Shown one piece after another: positions 24,961 through 40,283 of a DNA stretch of 64,000 nucleotides. Position numbers and translations under genes: made by a program. Each line of letters begins with the position of its first letter. Position 1 is the stretch's first letter. The DNA is from Octopus sinensis. Lineage: Eukaryota. The DNA lies in the NCBI RefSeq assembly GCF_006345805.1, contig NC_042999.1, positions 94,860,001 through 94,924,000 of the forward strand, read 5' to 3'. The notes under the pieces are model-generated. The model saw only the letters and a program-made list of their open reading frames with translations, made no database searches and had not been told where the DNA came from.

Positions 24961-27566
24961 AACTATATCCCACGTATTGACCCTAATTTCTCTATCTGTG
25001 TGCATTTACACATCCCAGAATATGCTTGGATTATCATCATCATCACCACCATCGTCGTCGTCATCATCATCATCATCATTATCGTTATTATTATTATGGT
25101 ATACACAAATCATTGCTAACAAAAATAGCACCAATGAGGTACTGGTGCTGATCTAATTGACAAATCTCCATCCTTCAGATTTTGCTGGGTTCATACCTAA
25201 TCAGAAACAATTACATTATTGTTGCTGCTAAATCTTTTGTTGGTGGTGTTGCTCTTGATACTTAAGATTACCAGAGTAAAAGAGTTGCTTTTGCCAACCT
25301 TGAACTTTCCTAATTATTTTTAACTGATTAAAATGTTTTTAATATGTTTCTGTTATGTTTTTGGTGGAATAGCTGTTTCACTATATTTGACTTTCTGGAA
25401 TCTCTTCCTGAGAAGCGATTCGAACTAACAGGTCTGGCTTAATGGCTTATTCTCTCACGCTGTTGACAGAAAATGGATGTACATATAGGAATGTGAATGA
25501 AATATCCTTTCACAATAGAAGAATACCGTCCATACAAGAATAAAAAAGAATTAGATTTTAGTTAAGTTTTTAACAAGTGAAACATACTGTGTGATAATTG
25601 TAACGTTGAGAAAATATTAATAATGGCATGGTCATTTATATCTCGGATGAGATTGGCATTGGTGGACATCAACTTGTGACCGAGTACAACCACTTCCTAA
25701 ACTCAGTAAGCTTGTACTAATGTTCCGAGCGTCCAAGATGGTCTTGTGCAGGAATTTGTTTTCAGTAAATAAAGTGTTTCACGGAACACTGCCTACTTTT
25801 CAGTGGAATCAGCTACAAAACCAGTGGCAGAACAGAGGTTGAGACGACCAGGAACCGACTGAACTTTATATTTTTTTATACAATTTTACCTTCGACGAGA
25901 AGGAAATTTTAACGAGAACTAGGACCTTTCATTCTCAGTACTTAACATACTAGGTAACCCACATGTAATGAGTGCTACTACTCCGGGCCTGAGTAGACCA
26001 GGAAACAATTGTGGATCAGGGGTTATTCCGCACTCCTAATATCTGGAACTCATTTACTAGGGCCCACTCCCGGATGCAGCTTAAAGTCATACCCAGGACA
26101 TTACGAATTACAATAGCAGTAAAAACAGTAGCAACGCACGGTCATGCAAAAAGAAGAAACAACAATTTTCTTAATTATGGTCAAGCAAAAAAGCTAGGAA
26201 ATTGATTCATAATGAGTGGCGATCTTCGCGGAGAAGTGTGAAGATGTTTTGCAAGCACAAAAGGCATGAATGACCGTATGAAAAGCAAGACAAATCGCCC
26301 TATTCTCATAACCATTGGCACCAAGGGTGGGTGACAATGACCAAGATGCTAAAAGGTTTTCTTTTTCCAACGGAAGATTGGTTACATTTTACAAAGGGCA
26401 GAACAAGCTCAGCATCTTTCAACTGTATACAGACTGTTGAACGATTATGCCCTGGAATGCATGGGGTCCTTTATGACACGCCAAATGCAGAATATATTCA
26501 CGAAAATATACGGAGCATCCATTAGATACATAGTGTTCGGTGTACCATTGGTCAGGGTTGTGCAGTACTCTGAATGGGTGCTTACCAATTATGTGTGAAA
26601 GAGTTGCTATTACTTGCTTGCATAGAATTTGTATGTCAAAACTTTGGCCTTGCGCAATATCATGCATAAGGCTTTAACAACCTCGTTTATTACATACATG
26701 TACATCTCTACAGTTCTATAACGTATTTGTAAATCGACTTTTAAAAACTAGTAGGCTCTTGGGACATATTGATAACAACAACGACGACGACGATGACGAT
26801 GATGATGATGATGATGGACTCTTTTTGTAGTGAATATTGAATTTGATGTTGAACATGTGCTTTTGCGTTTGCTATATATGGATGTGCTACAAAATTCTCT
26901 GAGGATTTTTCACTCTTTTCTTTTGTTTTTGTTTGTACATTTATACAAAAAATATTTCTGTTTTGTTTAATTTTTAATAGGAAATATCTTAGAATGCACT
27001 GAATATCTACCCTCATACCGGAAGAGAAGCAAGTTCTGTCAATTTTAGGCATAATTATATTTTCCTGTTTTAGTTTGCTTCTAATTCAGATGGCTTCTTT
27101 GCATAGAAATGCCACCATGTAAATATATCAAAATTTAGCGTAACTATAACTACAGAAAGACAACATTTAATTTCTCAGCGGGTCCTACTGAGAAAAATAA
27201 TATTACAAAATGTATATTAGATTAATTTGAATAAAATTCTTAAAAACAACAAAACGCAAAATAAATAAGCCAATTTTAACGTGCAGAAGTGTCGTTTTGT
27301 ATGACTCGAAATATATTTTTGGCAGATCTTTTTATTAATGTTGCTAATTATAACCAGAAGGTGAGCGCAAGTCTTATTTATCTATCCATCTATCCATCCA
27401 TCCATCTATCTATCTATCTGTTAATATATCTAGGGGAAGAATTCACAAAAAAAAACAAAAGACGAAGACAGGTGGTGTAGACAACAAACAGATGTATTAG
27501 TATAACGGGAAGTGAAAAAGTCTTTAACCTTTTGAGCCTACGATATCTATATCTATCTATATATCT

Positions 27567-27609
<43 letters not shown>

Positions 27610-27649
27610 GTGTATATATTATATATATACACATATGCACTTATAGATA

Positions 27650-27652
27650 GAT

Positions 27653-27716
<64 letters not shown>
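27650..27716. repeat. (GATA)n microsatellite
   Basis: Direct reading. Confidence 0.95.
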
Positions 27717-27789
27717 GTACATACATAATGCATATCTTGCAATGGCACTTGTAACATACACGTGTCACTGAACAATATTACAGTTGAAT

Positions 27790-28400
27790 AAAGAAAACTT
27801 TGACCTTGGAACTCCCTGCACTCAATAAAACAGTAGCCTTCACTATGTTTGCGGTGACAGTACTCATACCAACATTTGGTTTACATGAGTGGACGCTCGA
27901 TGAAACTCAAGTTATTGTTGTGAAAACCCGAAAGCTACTAACCAACACTCATTATTTCTACATAAACAGTGACGTAGACCGCCTCTACCTAAAACGAAAA
28001 CAAGGCGGCAAAGGCTTAACACCGACTAGACTGCCTTTGAAAATCGTGTCATATCCCTTCGGCAACATCTATTTTCCACCAAGTGTCGAAGTGCATCCCC
28101 TGACCAAGTTTGCATACATGAGTCTGGAAAGCAGCGCCTTAAGCGGCATTCTTTGTCTGATAACTTTAAATACCTGTCCGAAGAAGTCTCACGGCTCTAC
28201 TGCAATATATCTTCAGATGAAAGGACGAGCATATATCAGCAGAAGACTATGCATTGACATTTGTTGGTAGAAAGTTCCGAGATGATAGTAACATCGTTCA
28301 TCAAAGCAGTCTATCTTGAATCAACAACCGGATCACTACCTTCCGAGGTGGACACAATGGAGTGAAACCTATTTAATTGAACGGCTCACCCTTTCAAATT
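27790..28400 (+). mobile_element. RLE-type LINE thumb-region fragment
   Basis: NKTVAFTMFAVTVLIPTFG..EWT...KTRKLLT...NSDVDRLYLKRKQGGKGL. Confidence 0.8.
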
Positions 28401-28569
28401 TCAGGCGTTGTGTCTCTCATAATGATACTGCTACTACAACTACTACTACTACTACTAATAATAATAATAATGATAATGATGATAACAATAATGATAACAA
28501 TAATAATAACAATAATAACGATAATAATAACAATGGCGATGGTGATAGAAGAAGAAGAAGAAGAAGAAT

Positions 28570-29340
28570 TACGCAAGAAGAGACAACACAATCAATTCCA
28601 TGTAGCCACAACAGAAGTTACTGGGAAAAATAGGTGATGACTGACGAATGGAACCCTAAAAATAAACAGTCCGAGAGCGCTATACTGGCAGCGAATGCCC
28701 AAGACTTGTCGAAAACCATTACAAGTTGTGGCGACACGATCAGGTAGCGAAAGAGCTACATTGGAAACTGTACGAAAGTGGGAGCTAGAGATAGGCAAGG
28801 CGTAGAATGAGCATAAACCCCAGAGACTGACGGAGTCGGAGACCAACAAAATATTCCAGGATTTACCAATTCAAATTGATCAAGTGCTAGAGCATTACAG
28901 ACCACCTAGTGGTGGTGGACAAGTAGTGTTATATAGTTGATGTTGCATCTCCCTTTGAACCACGACTAGGCAACAAGGAAGGCGAAATGATACATAGATA
29001 CAACCTTCTTAAATACGAAATAGGCTATGGAAAATGAAGAAGGTGAAGATAGTGCCAATTATTGCTGTGTCCTTGTAAACAGTATCAGAAGGCATCAAGA
29101 GGAATATAAAGGAAACTGAAATAAAGTGCCCAGTAGAACTGTTACAAAAGGTTTGCCTCCTTGGCACGGCCAGAATAATCAGAGAAGTATTACATAGCTG
29201 AAAAAAAAAACCAATAGCATGGTACCGTAGGCTGCAGGTAGTAAGCCTGCTGCTCATTTATGACTCCAGGAGCTCCAACAAAACTTGTGATAAAAGAGAA
29301 ATAATAATAATAATAATAACAACAACAACAATAATAACAA
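28570..29340 (+). mobile_element. RLE-type LINE 3' portion with (AAT/AAC)n tail
   Basis: HNQFHVATTEV, HDQVAKELHWKL, YIVDVASPF, ELLQKVCLLGTARIIREVL*. Confidence 0.85.
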
Positions 29341-30338
29341 TAATGTATTGGAAATTGGCCCTGCCGAGCACGATTACATTTTGAATTGTGTGTTAACTGG
29401 ATTGAATTTATTTTCCTTTTTTATTTGTTTGTTCTTATCATGCCTAGCTCTATTTTCATCAGTACTTAATGTGCTTCACCAGCAATGACCCAAATGTTAT
29501 TGGTATTCTATTATGATGTGGATTTTCAGAATATTTAGGAATATAGAATATTTAGGAATATAGTTACTGTCAGCTTTGATATTCTATTAATGCAAGTGAA
29601 GTATTGGAACCGTTATCTCAATCAAATTTAAAGTTTTATATCTTTGTAAGAAAATGTTATTATTAATCTGACTATCTCTTCTCTGTTTTCATCCGCATTT
29701 TCTGTCTCGTTTTTGATCTTCTTTCCCCTTCTTCCAAAATCTCATCTAAAATTTCTTATTTCTTTCATTTTCACCTTATATCTCCTAACATCTGCTCGCA
29801 GCCAAGAATCTATCATTTAAGAATAGAAATAGTATGGTTGTCTATACTCGGCCAAAATCCTCTACTTGTAAGACAAATAAGAAAGACGTCTCTACATTTT
29901 CATATTTACCAAAGTAACGAAAGAAAAAAAACTATTAATAGAAAAATGCTGTGGCAAAAATTGGCGAGAAACTCAGCTAAATGTAGTATTGATTTTTTAA
30001 AAATTTCTTTTTGGACATTGATGACAAATACTGTAGGTAAAAGTTACAAAATATAAAATATAATATATACATTCATCATTTTATGTTACGTTGTTTTTCA
30101 TTTTCCTTTTACTGTTTGTAACTATTCTAACTTTATCATTTATTCACTTTGTAATTCGTTCTTTCACAATGGATTTATTATTTTCATTTATTATTTTCAG
30201 TATTATGTTGGTTTTAGTTTATTGTCGTTGTTGCTGTTGTTGCTGTTGCTACAGCAATTGCTGATGTTCTTGTTGTATTTGAGATTTTTAGCTTTCATTG
30301 TGGTTTTGGCTTCATTTTATAGCTCGCATTTTATACGA

Positions 30339-30424
30339 TTAATTTCCAGTAGTCAGATAGAAGAATCCAAGTAGCGCCAACACCGGCAAAATGTTCCAAA
30401 ACTGAGACAGGTCTGGCATTTCTA
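30339..30424 (-). CDS. Candidate terminal exon encoding a hydrophobic C-terminal tail (TM or GPI-signal-like)
   Basis: Acceptor TTTGTATTTTTTATCAG; phase-1 frame xEMPDLSQFWNILPVLALLGFFYLTTGN*; no homology support. Confidence 0.35.
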
Positions 30425-31029
30425 CTGATAAAAAATACAAAGCAGTTTCACATTCTCCATATATATTTCTACTGTCTTACAAACGCTTCGTGATTAAAAT
30501 ATAATTTTGGTTTAATTCTAATGCTAGACAAACCCTATACATTCCATTTGTAATACGCTCTAAGAACAAACGTGAATACATATACATGAACAGACACACA
30601 GAAAAACACATATACACACTTGCATAAATACATACATACAAGTATACACAACATACTACCTCATAGACATACATACACACTCACTCACATATACATAATG
30701 CAACTAGATACATGAAGTAGATAAATAAGAATAAACGGTTATAAATTATCGACGCATGAACTCACATGACACAAACGCACATCTACGTGCGTACAAACAC
30801 ACCCACAGATAAACACACATGCGTATATATGTGCATGCGAAAAACGAAGCAGATAAAAATATTGTGAGGATTTAAACACGCAGACATGTATATATATATA
30901 GATAGATATAGATATATATAGATATATATACATACCCATGTGGATCTATGTATGTATGTATGCATGCATGTATGCATGTATGCATGTATGCATGTATGTA
31001 TGCACGCACGCACGCATGCATGCATGTGC

Positions 31030-31270
31030 GTGCTGATTTGTATTCTCATGCATATAGTTGCTCATGTATATTTAAATGATAAACTTCTGAAACGTTTTAC
31101 AGATTTTTGGAGTTCCTGTGATGGATTGGATCTGTAGTTTTCGAATTAGCTTTCTCCTTTCTGGTTTAGAAAAGCCTAATTTCTCAAGATTGGTTTTTAG
31201 GTAGTGTGTTACATATCCTAGGGTCCCGATAAAATCTTGCTGGTACAAATTGATAAGATATTGTCGGTAT
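31030..31270. repeat. Old dispersed repeat; second diverged copy at 38265-38500
   Basis: Shared TATTCTCATGCATATAGTTGC, CTAATTTCTCAAGA and TATCCTAGGG blocks. Confidence 0.7.
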
Positions 31271-31709
31271 GGAGAAAATTATGCGAATAATCGAATAAAA
31301 CTGCTTTCGTTTGATATACAACATATATGTATATACATGTACACATTTAAATAGAGAGAATGCAAAGACTGAACATTTTCAGATGATTAATATTCAATAA
31401 TAAATATACAGCTATTTATATAAATCTTAAAATCTTTAAATTATTTCAGCCTCAAAGCTGCGGTCATGTTGAGGCAACACCGTTGATAATGCTACACCAT
31501 TGTTTGAATCCTCTTCTGACGTGTAGTATTTGGTGAATGATAGAATTTGATGCAGCTGCCCCATCTGTGCTTCCTGCGGTGAGGTAGGCTCATCTGGAAC
31601 CCTTCACAGGAGATCTAGTCTTGTTTTGAAGACACCTACATCCACACCATGCTGTAAAACTGTATTAAGTAATTCTCATAGAATTTCAAATATATATTTT
31701 TTATTTTTT

Positions 31710-32241
<532 letters not shown>

Positions 32242-33490
32242 CAGTTAAATATATATAGTATTATACATCCATTACAGCCGATCTTCTAAATCGGTTTCGA
32301 TCTATAATACTATATAATTTGAATAATATACACGCTCTGTTACAATCATACGCGTATACCGTTTTTCTAATTAATGTTTATGTGTGTTTATGTGTGTCAG
32401 CGTGTGTGTGTGTTGTATGTCAGTATTTGCCGTGTGTATGTTGTGTGTGTATACTTGAATGTATGGATATATAAATGCGTATACATGTGCGTGTGTTTTT
32501 TTGTGTTTATATTTATAATATCTGTAGAAATCGCAGGCGTATCACAGCCGCTGTATTCTCTTCCAGTATGTTTAAGACTACATCCCTACCTTGAGTAAAT
32601 AATAAGGAATTTTCCCTATTGCCTCGGGCTGTAATGATTCTGCAACATGCAAAACAGGATTTTCTTCAAAGAATATATCATTATTTGCCATTGATTTCAG
32701 TTTAGCAACTACTTATAACTGATGGTTGTTGTTTTTTTTTAGCCCCAGGCTACTCTGGTCGAGCGCAATAATGATGAAACAGCTCCATCCAACTTTGACG
32801 AAGCGTAACAATGCTCATACTCATTCTTTCGAATATAGCGTTTCTATGTCACCATAATGTAATGTGCCCATTTTTAAAAACAGTATGAAGTTATGTGATT
32901 GGGAACTGTTGGCTTCTATTACTAATAAATCAAAACATCCCATACCTGCTTCCACGATGCCTACAAATGACTTGTTGACCTAATATGCTGCGAAAAATTA
33001 TGTGTATCTCATCTCAAGCTCACCTAACATTTCCGTGCTCCAAATTTTAAAACTCAGAATCCCCTTAACGCTTACAATATTTTCTTTATCAAATTGACTC
33101 AAATCTTGCGGCTAAAACTAATCACAAATGAAGTTAATCTCACCAGAGTGGTAGAAACCACCAAGATAATAGTTATTACACCTTCCTTCGTTATCTACCA
33201 TAAAATATCGAGAAATGGAATTAATATTATTTCTAACTATGAACATATCGAAAGGAAAGGAAATGAAATGAAGTGTCAATAGATGTTTTCTTGACAATGC
33301 GGCACTGAAAAAGTATGTCATCATTCCACTGCCCTATATATAATAGCACCAGCCTGTGTATTACTCTGATTTATTCGTGTGTCCTTATATCTACAATTCT
33401 TCTCTCATCCTCTTCTCTCTATCTGTTTGTCTTTGTCCGTCGCTCTCCCCGTCTTAAATAAATCTTAGTGTATTCTTATGAACACACGTC

Positions 33491-33514
<24 letters not shown>

Positions 33515-33524
<10 letters not shown>

Positions 33525-33812
33525 AGACAGATAGACAGATAGATAGATAGACAGACAGATAGATAGATAGACAGATAGATAGATAGACAGATAGACAGAT
33601 AGATAGATAGACAGATAGATAGACGGACAGATAGACGGACAGATAGACGGACAGATAGACGGACAGATAGACGGACAGACAGACGGACAGATAGACAGAC
33701 AGACAGACGGACAGGCAGACGGACAGACAGACGGACAGATAGACGGACAGACAGACCGATAGACAGACAGATAGACAGACAGACAGACAGATAGACAGAC
33801 AGATAGACAGAC

Positions 33813-33843
<31 letters not shown>

Positions 33844-33895
33844 TAGACAGACAGATAGACAGACAGATAGATAGACAGATAGATAGATAGGATAT
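33515..33895. repeat. GATA/GACA/GGAC compound tetranucleotide satellite with a 12-bp higher-order unit GATAGACGGACA
   Basis: Direct reading. Confidence 0.95.
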
Positions 33896-34618
33896 ATAGA
33901 AACATGTATGTAATTATTTCAGTATATGTGACTGTATTTTTTCGATTGTCTACTCTTTTCAGTCATCATTATATATATATATCATTGTGCGTGAATGTGT
34001 GTGTGTGCGTGTATATGTGTTAGATATGCGCGCGTGGAGATAAAGGAGGTGACTGTACAATAGTTTTAGTCTATTTCATCTCGATCTTCAAAGTATTCTC
34101 ATACGGCTACTTTCTAAGTATCAGCTCATCGTCGTCACACGGCAACATTATCTACATATGTCTCATCTCCTCTCTTTCACTGCTCTCTCTCTCTCTCTTT
34201 CTCTCTCTCGCTTCCTGATCCATTCTTTCTCCTTTTTCTTCCTCCTATAGAACTCTTTGACATTCAAAGTACGAAATCATTAACTTTCAGTGTTAACGCA
34301 ACTACGTTTTCACACCAACTACTACAACTACACTCAATCTGGTTATTACCTTAACTCTATTTCTTTCATTTGCAAATATCTCAATGTGTTACTCTCTTGT
34401 TGTATAGCATCTGTCATTTCTTATTTTTTGTAACACTATGTTTTCAGCTGGCGTTATATATATATATATATGAATTGAACATTTGCTATTGCTTTCTCAT
34501 TCATCGTCATTCATTATATGAATCATATATCCTATATAAGCTCAAGCTAAACTCATATATATATACATATATGCATATATACATATATGCATATATATAT
34601 ATAAGAATATATATACTA

Positions 34619-34668
<50 letters not shown>

Positions 34669-34680
34669 CACATATACATA

Positions 34681-35193
34681 TCTATATATATAAAACTGTA
34701 GTTGTGTGAGTGTCTGTCCCCTTCGATTTAGATTCTTAACTACTCCCACATTTTGCGGTGCAGTTTAATCAAATTCGGGTATCTTGTAGTCGTGATTCAT
34801 ATCGAGCCCGTCTGAGTATTAGCGCGCGTCTACGATGAGTCTACGATTTTAAAAATAATTTAACATCATTTTTTATTCCATTTTAATGCATAATTTTTCT
34901 TGTGTCGATGGCGGCGGAGTTGGTGTCCATGGTCACACCTGCACCTGTTTGCTTCTCCCCCTTCTTCCCTCCCTCGTGAAGCTGTGGGGAAGGGAGTGTA
35001 AGGAAATCAACGTCGTAAAGCGTTGTCAAGGAGACCAGCGTTCTTTTAGAACAACGACTTCATGGCTTGAAGACACCAAAACAGAAATGGCTAAGATAAC
35101 CCGAATTGGCATGTATAAGGGAAGTAACTCTCTAAAAATGCTTATATAGTTATTTCCCTTACAAACCCGAGCAACGCCGGGCGATACTGCTAG
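34681..35193 (+). mobile_element. Non-autonomous Helitron (513 bp)
   Basis: A|TCTATATATATAAAA 5' end; 3' end ACCCGAGCAACGCCGGGCGATACTG-CTAG|T; last ~70 bp nearly identical to the element at 14010-14385. Confidence 0.82.
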
Positions 35194-35759
35194 TGCATAT
35201 ATACATATATACATTTATATCTGTAACTATGTATGAACACTCACACAAACGCACACAAACGCAAAAATACACACACACACATATATATACATATATATGC
35301 ATATATGTGTGTGTGTGTGTGTGTGCATATGTGTTTAGTTTTATTTTTGGTTATGCGACTGCATTTAACCATCTTTGTAATTCTGTATTTGGCTTTGTTT
35401 ACAAAGTTAATGAATTTCGCCAACTGAAAAATATAATGAGCCCGTTAGATATATCTGTAATTAAAATACTATTAATCAAAATTACTTGCTAACCTTGCAG
35501 CAAATATTTAACGTGGATCTAGACACATGTGAAACTTCGCCAAAATAGTGATAAGATAGTGATTTATTAAGTATACCAGATGTTTACTGACAATACAGAG
35601 TTAGAAAAATATCAGGTTGCTGGTCACCTAATGGTGTATCAGAGGTGTAGCACGGTGTTTTTGCCAAATATATTTCAGTATTATTGTTACTGAATAGCTA
35701 ATCATAAACAATTATCATACAATGTATTTTTAAATTTAATTTCTCAAAGCCACAGGGAA

Positions 35760-36020
35760 CTTAAAGTATTGTTTGAGGCGTTACCATGATATAATATAAG
35801 TCTTCCAGCAACTAAATTTCATGTTTAAGATGTTAGCATAATGTATTAATATAAATCTGCGTCTGAGATTGACTACCAGATATTATGTTTGGGCCGTTAA
35901 TATGATGTAATATAAATAAATCTTTATTTGAAGTTGACTACCAAGGACTTGATGTTTGTTTTGCCAAGCTAACATGATGTGAAATTAATCTTTATCTGAA
36001 GTTAATACCAGAACATTTCG
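35760..36020. repeat. Degenerate tandem array, about four units of ~62-70 bp
   Basis: Recurring ATGTTT..GTTA.CATGATGT..AATCTTT.T.TGAAGTTGACTACCA. Confidence 0.6.
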
Positions 36021-36470
36021 TTAACAGATGCATTTTGTGACAACATAATGAAGGAGTACGAAAAATTAGTGTGAGGATATCCAAAGATAGAACAGAACAT
36101 CAGCAATGGATTTCTAGCTATACCAATTGAGTCCAGCATTTGATAATTTTGTCTTCAATAAATAGTGAAGCAATTTAATGTTTCGTATTATAAATTTAGG
36201 AGTTATTGTGATGCAGTACATTGATTGGCTCACATCGTGTCACATTGTGAGTAAAATCAAGCGTAAGAGCCTCAAATTCTGTCCAGGGAAGAAAGTTTGA
36301 ATCATAATCACTTAATGTATTGAATCCTGGAATAAATTCCAAAACATCACGTAACTATTTAAAAGAGCTTGTAGACTGAAGAGAAGTTGAAAAACATATG
36401 GTGAATCAGTGGATGTTTAGTTGCAATGAAATGAAGACATTTCTTTTTCTTTTTGTGCTATGGTGTACAG

Positions 36471-36551
36471 AACTATTTTATTTTCGATAGAAAGAAGTCT
36501 TCTTAGAGAAATACAACCAGATAGAAAGAAATCAATCTTAAAACGATATGT
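36471..36551 (+). other. Candidate 81-nt symmetric exon
   Basis: TTTCTTTTTCTTTTTGTGCTATGGTGTACAG acceptor, GTAAGT donor, open frame TILFSIERSLLREIQPDRKKSILKRYV; no homology. Confidence 0.2.
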
Positions 36552-38584
36552 GTAAGTTATAGTTACATTGAGATAGTAACCATTATAATAGTTCAGTATC
36601 TAAACCGATTTCTTTACCACCAGGAATCTTTTTGTTTGAAAGCAGAACATTACTTATAAGGTTTATATAACTCGATCGCTTTGAAGTGCTTCCGGTTTAA
36701 AACCAACAACTTGCCAAGCATTGTACTAGGTCTGATAATGAGAAGAGGCTAGTCAAGATACAATCGACATTGTAGGCTAAAACTGTCTCGCAAATGTGTG
36801 CTTGCCTAAAAACAAGCTGAATACGTCAACAAATATTTTCCACTTACATCCTTCGTCGAAAGTGAAAAAAAAAAATCGTACCAGCCAACAAAATACTAAC
36901 TGAGATAGTGTCTGAAAGTTTCAGAAATCAATAAAAACTTTCTATAGATGGCTTTTTCTTCAACAAATCATTCGTCAGTAATGCTTGATAATATCATCTT
37001 TTTCTGTAATATATTCTATTTTAGCTTGATATTTTTCATATTTCGCATGTGTTTTTAAACTTTTTTCTCTTATACGTTAATTTTACTCCGTTCTTCATAG
37101 AAAGAGATAATCTAAATAGCTTTTGCCGCCATACTACCGTTATTTTATGTTTAACTGATGCTAGACATTTATTTTTTCAAAGTCCATATATCTGCATATC
37201 AGTTGTATATAGCTAGTTGATTTTGATGACCTTAAACAAGTATTTGCTTTCTCTTTAAGCTTCATAATTTCAACGAAGACGAATAGCCAAAAATGTTTTA
37301 CGAAAATATTTCAGGAGAGAAAATCAACGTATATACATAAGTTTTAGATTGATACTTGTTGATACATTTTAAAGAATATCTGCCTCAAGTTTGACTGACA
37401 AGTTTATACCCGTCTATGCTAATAAAGCAGTTTTGTTTTTAATTTTTGTATGCAATTGTTTTTGTTCTTTTTTTATTTATTTATGTACTTATTTATATTT
37501 AAATTAATCTAAGATTAAAATTAATACTTTCACCTGAATAAATAATTTGGATTATAAACCACGTCAAACCGATAGCTGTTTGGTAGGTTAGAAGGGCTTC
37601 ACTTCCCAATAGGCTTCTATTATAAGTACAGATAACTATGGCTTCTCTCCTATCTACAACTACTACCCCAACTCCAACTAAACGCACTTCATTTTTACTT
37701 ATCATTCTTCACTCAGCAACATTTCCATTACCATACTGTAAATTAAAACTGCCAACTAATCCGTTTTCCTCGGAATTGCATCCGGCTGAAACGAATTAAT
37801 TTATCTTGTTTTGAAAACTGCATTATAGCCAAGATGTAATATATTTGTGAGTTAATCAAACAACTTGAATAATCTTTTGGTGTAAAATATTCGAATAGGA
37901 ACGTATAGAAATTGTTGTCTGCGTATAAGAGAACCATGCGTTGTCTTTTTTAGTCATTCCAAATAACAAAACTCTTAAGCGAATTGATGTCATATCAACA
38001 TTAATTTGGCAGGGCAGTGCGAAGATTGTGGATACATGCGCACTGACAAACATACGTATACACATATACCTACATATGTGTATGTGTATGTTATTTAGAT
38101 TTCTTTCTAGGTTTCACGCCAATAGAGAAGAAACCGGACTTTAATCTAGGTCCAAGGTTCCTCCGGTGGAATTTCAGCAACATCAGTAGTACATTTGTGC
38201 ATGAGTGGGTTTTTGTGCAAGTATTTTGGTTAGTGCATGCGCAAATCTGTACGTATTCTTTTATTTATGTATTCTCATGCATATAGTTGCGTGCCAAGAC
38301 GAGTGCATATATACTTATGCTACACTCTGGAAACTTTTACAAATTTTGCCACTCACATTGCTGGCTTGTACCTGTAAGATTCTATTTCACTCGTTCCTTT
38401 GTGGTTATGAGAAATCTAATTTCTCAAGAGTGGTACTGAGGAAGTTTGTTACCTATCCTAGGGAGCCAATAATTACTGGTAAATTTAAAATTATAATCCG
38501 GGTGGAGTTGTAGTAAATTACTCATCAGTTCAGTCAAGGTGTTGAATGTATGTACGTATGTATGCATGTATGTATGTTTTATTT

Positions 38585-39800
38585 TTAATTACTTGAAATA
38601 TTTTCTATGGAAGGTACTGGTTTCTAACAAAATACAAATTGCCATCTCTGGAATGTTGATAACAAAAAACAACTTCATAAGTCGAGCAAGGGTAAAATTT
38701 TGAATATTTTTACTTGTCCGCTTACAGATTGTATTTGTAATGTTTGAGTTTATTAATTGATTTCTTTTTCTTAACACTGTTAACTTATCAAGGCTATAAC
38801 ATATTATTCCGAAATTTAGGTGCTCCAGTTATTGATGGAAATGTGAATTTGTAATCTGAAGATAGAAGATAGTTGTTTCGGAGCAGTTGTCCGTAGTTAT
38901 TCTTCTTTTTTTTCTGTGACTTTTCTAAGTAATATTCATATCTGACATCTATGACAGAACATAGTTTTAATTGTCTATCCCAAACAATTACATTCGGGCT
39001 ATTATGTTTGCACTTGATTGAAGTTTTTATGAGAAATGTATCACCAGTATTCCTTATACTAATGCTTACATACGTATTCAAAAGCAGGTGAAGGTTCTCT
39101 ATATTACTCCAAGAACCGTCTTTTTAACGGATAACATGGTATATTATATTAGCAACAATATCGTGTGGCTTTGAGAGGTAGTGTTTTGGTGACATTTTAG
39201 AGTAATTGCTGATCCCATGTGTGACATCATCCACAAAAATGTGACATAACCTACATTTTCGGTTGGATCTTGGAGCTCGAATGGCTTCACTTTTTGTTTT
39301 GTTTATTAGGTATTTCATAGGAATCTCTTGTCCTTGGAATGCAAATGTATAGCTTTTGAAGTGTTGTTTGATGAAAAGAGAGGCTGCAGTTATTGTTGAT
39401 GTTACTTTCATTTTCAAATACTGAGGAAATATACCTGTCTTTCATCTTTTTTCTTTGGTTTATTGAACGTTTCATATCCTGGCCTTCTTAGTCTAGGTGT
39501 TTTGGGTTGTACAGAATGTCATCAAGAAGAGAGTACTTCCCGAGGAGGCCATTACAGATACGTTGGATGCTCTCTTCCCTTTTCAGTGTTAGGTTTATGT
39601 ATTTGTTTTTACAGCCGTTTTTTAATTGGTGCTTCCCCAGAGAGACTATGCGAAATTCGAAGGTTGTCTCTACTGATCTCAAAACTCTACCCACTTCGTC
39701 TCTTCTTAGTTAGAACATTTCAATATACCTGTTTCTGTGGAAAGTTCCAGTCGATATCAAAATTTTCCTGGTTTTAATGTCTAAGCAGTGGAATTCCTCT
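38585..39800 (-). mobile_element. RLE-type LINE 3' portion, decayed
   Basis: KTRKILISTGTFHRN, GRVLRSVET, CRLCHIFVDDVTHGIS...HDIVA (zinc knuckle), NVIVWDRQLKLCSVID (RLE). Confidence 0.8.
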
Positions 39801-40283
39801 ACAGACCAGTTAAGTATCCCAAGTGTCGGTATCAGTTCTGGTACTGAAAATCCTTTGTGGGATATTGTGTTGTGGTAAGAGAAGAGTTCCGACTGCTATG
39901 TTTTTTCTAAGTCTGGTTTAATAGTCTAGAGTTACTCTATTCGTTATTTGGAAGATGATGGATTGAAAGACGATTCATACACAGGTTTTGATTATGCAGA
40001 GCTGATTTTCCATGTTCAACAATACCATTCCTCATACCATTCCTGTGTTTTTATTAACTCCAGCTGATTTTGACATTATTATTGTTAACGTTTTTAGCAT
40101 AGATATTCATATCATCCGCATTTAAAATATATATAACATTAGTAGTCCCAGCAGTTGTATAACATAGTATGTAGATATTGGATTTTTGTAAAAGAAATTA
40201 TAATGTTTTTAATGCCAAAATAAACAGAATTACAGAAAGAATATTCCCTTCAATATTCCGTTTGTAATATATATAACATCATA

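Noticed and set aside
33489-33905. 138-aa ORF with SICP/SVCL repeats; also considered as a CRISPR-like array
   Set aside because: A tetranucleotide satellite; no repeat-spacer array or cas gene anywhere in the window
36431-36490. Signal-peptide-like MKTFLFLFVLWC
   Set aside because: Stops after 19 codons; the hydrophobic residues come from a polypyrimidine tract
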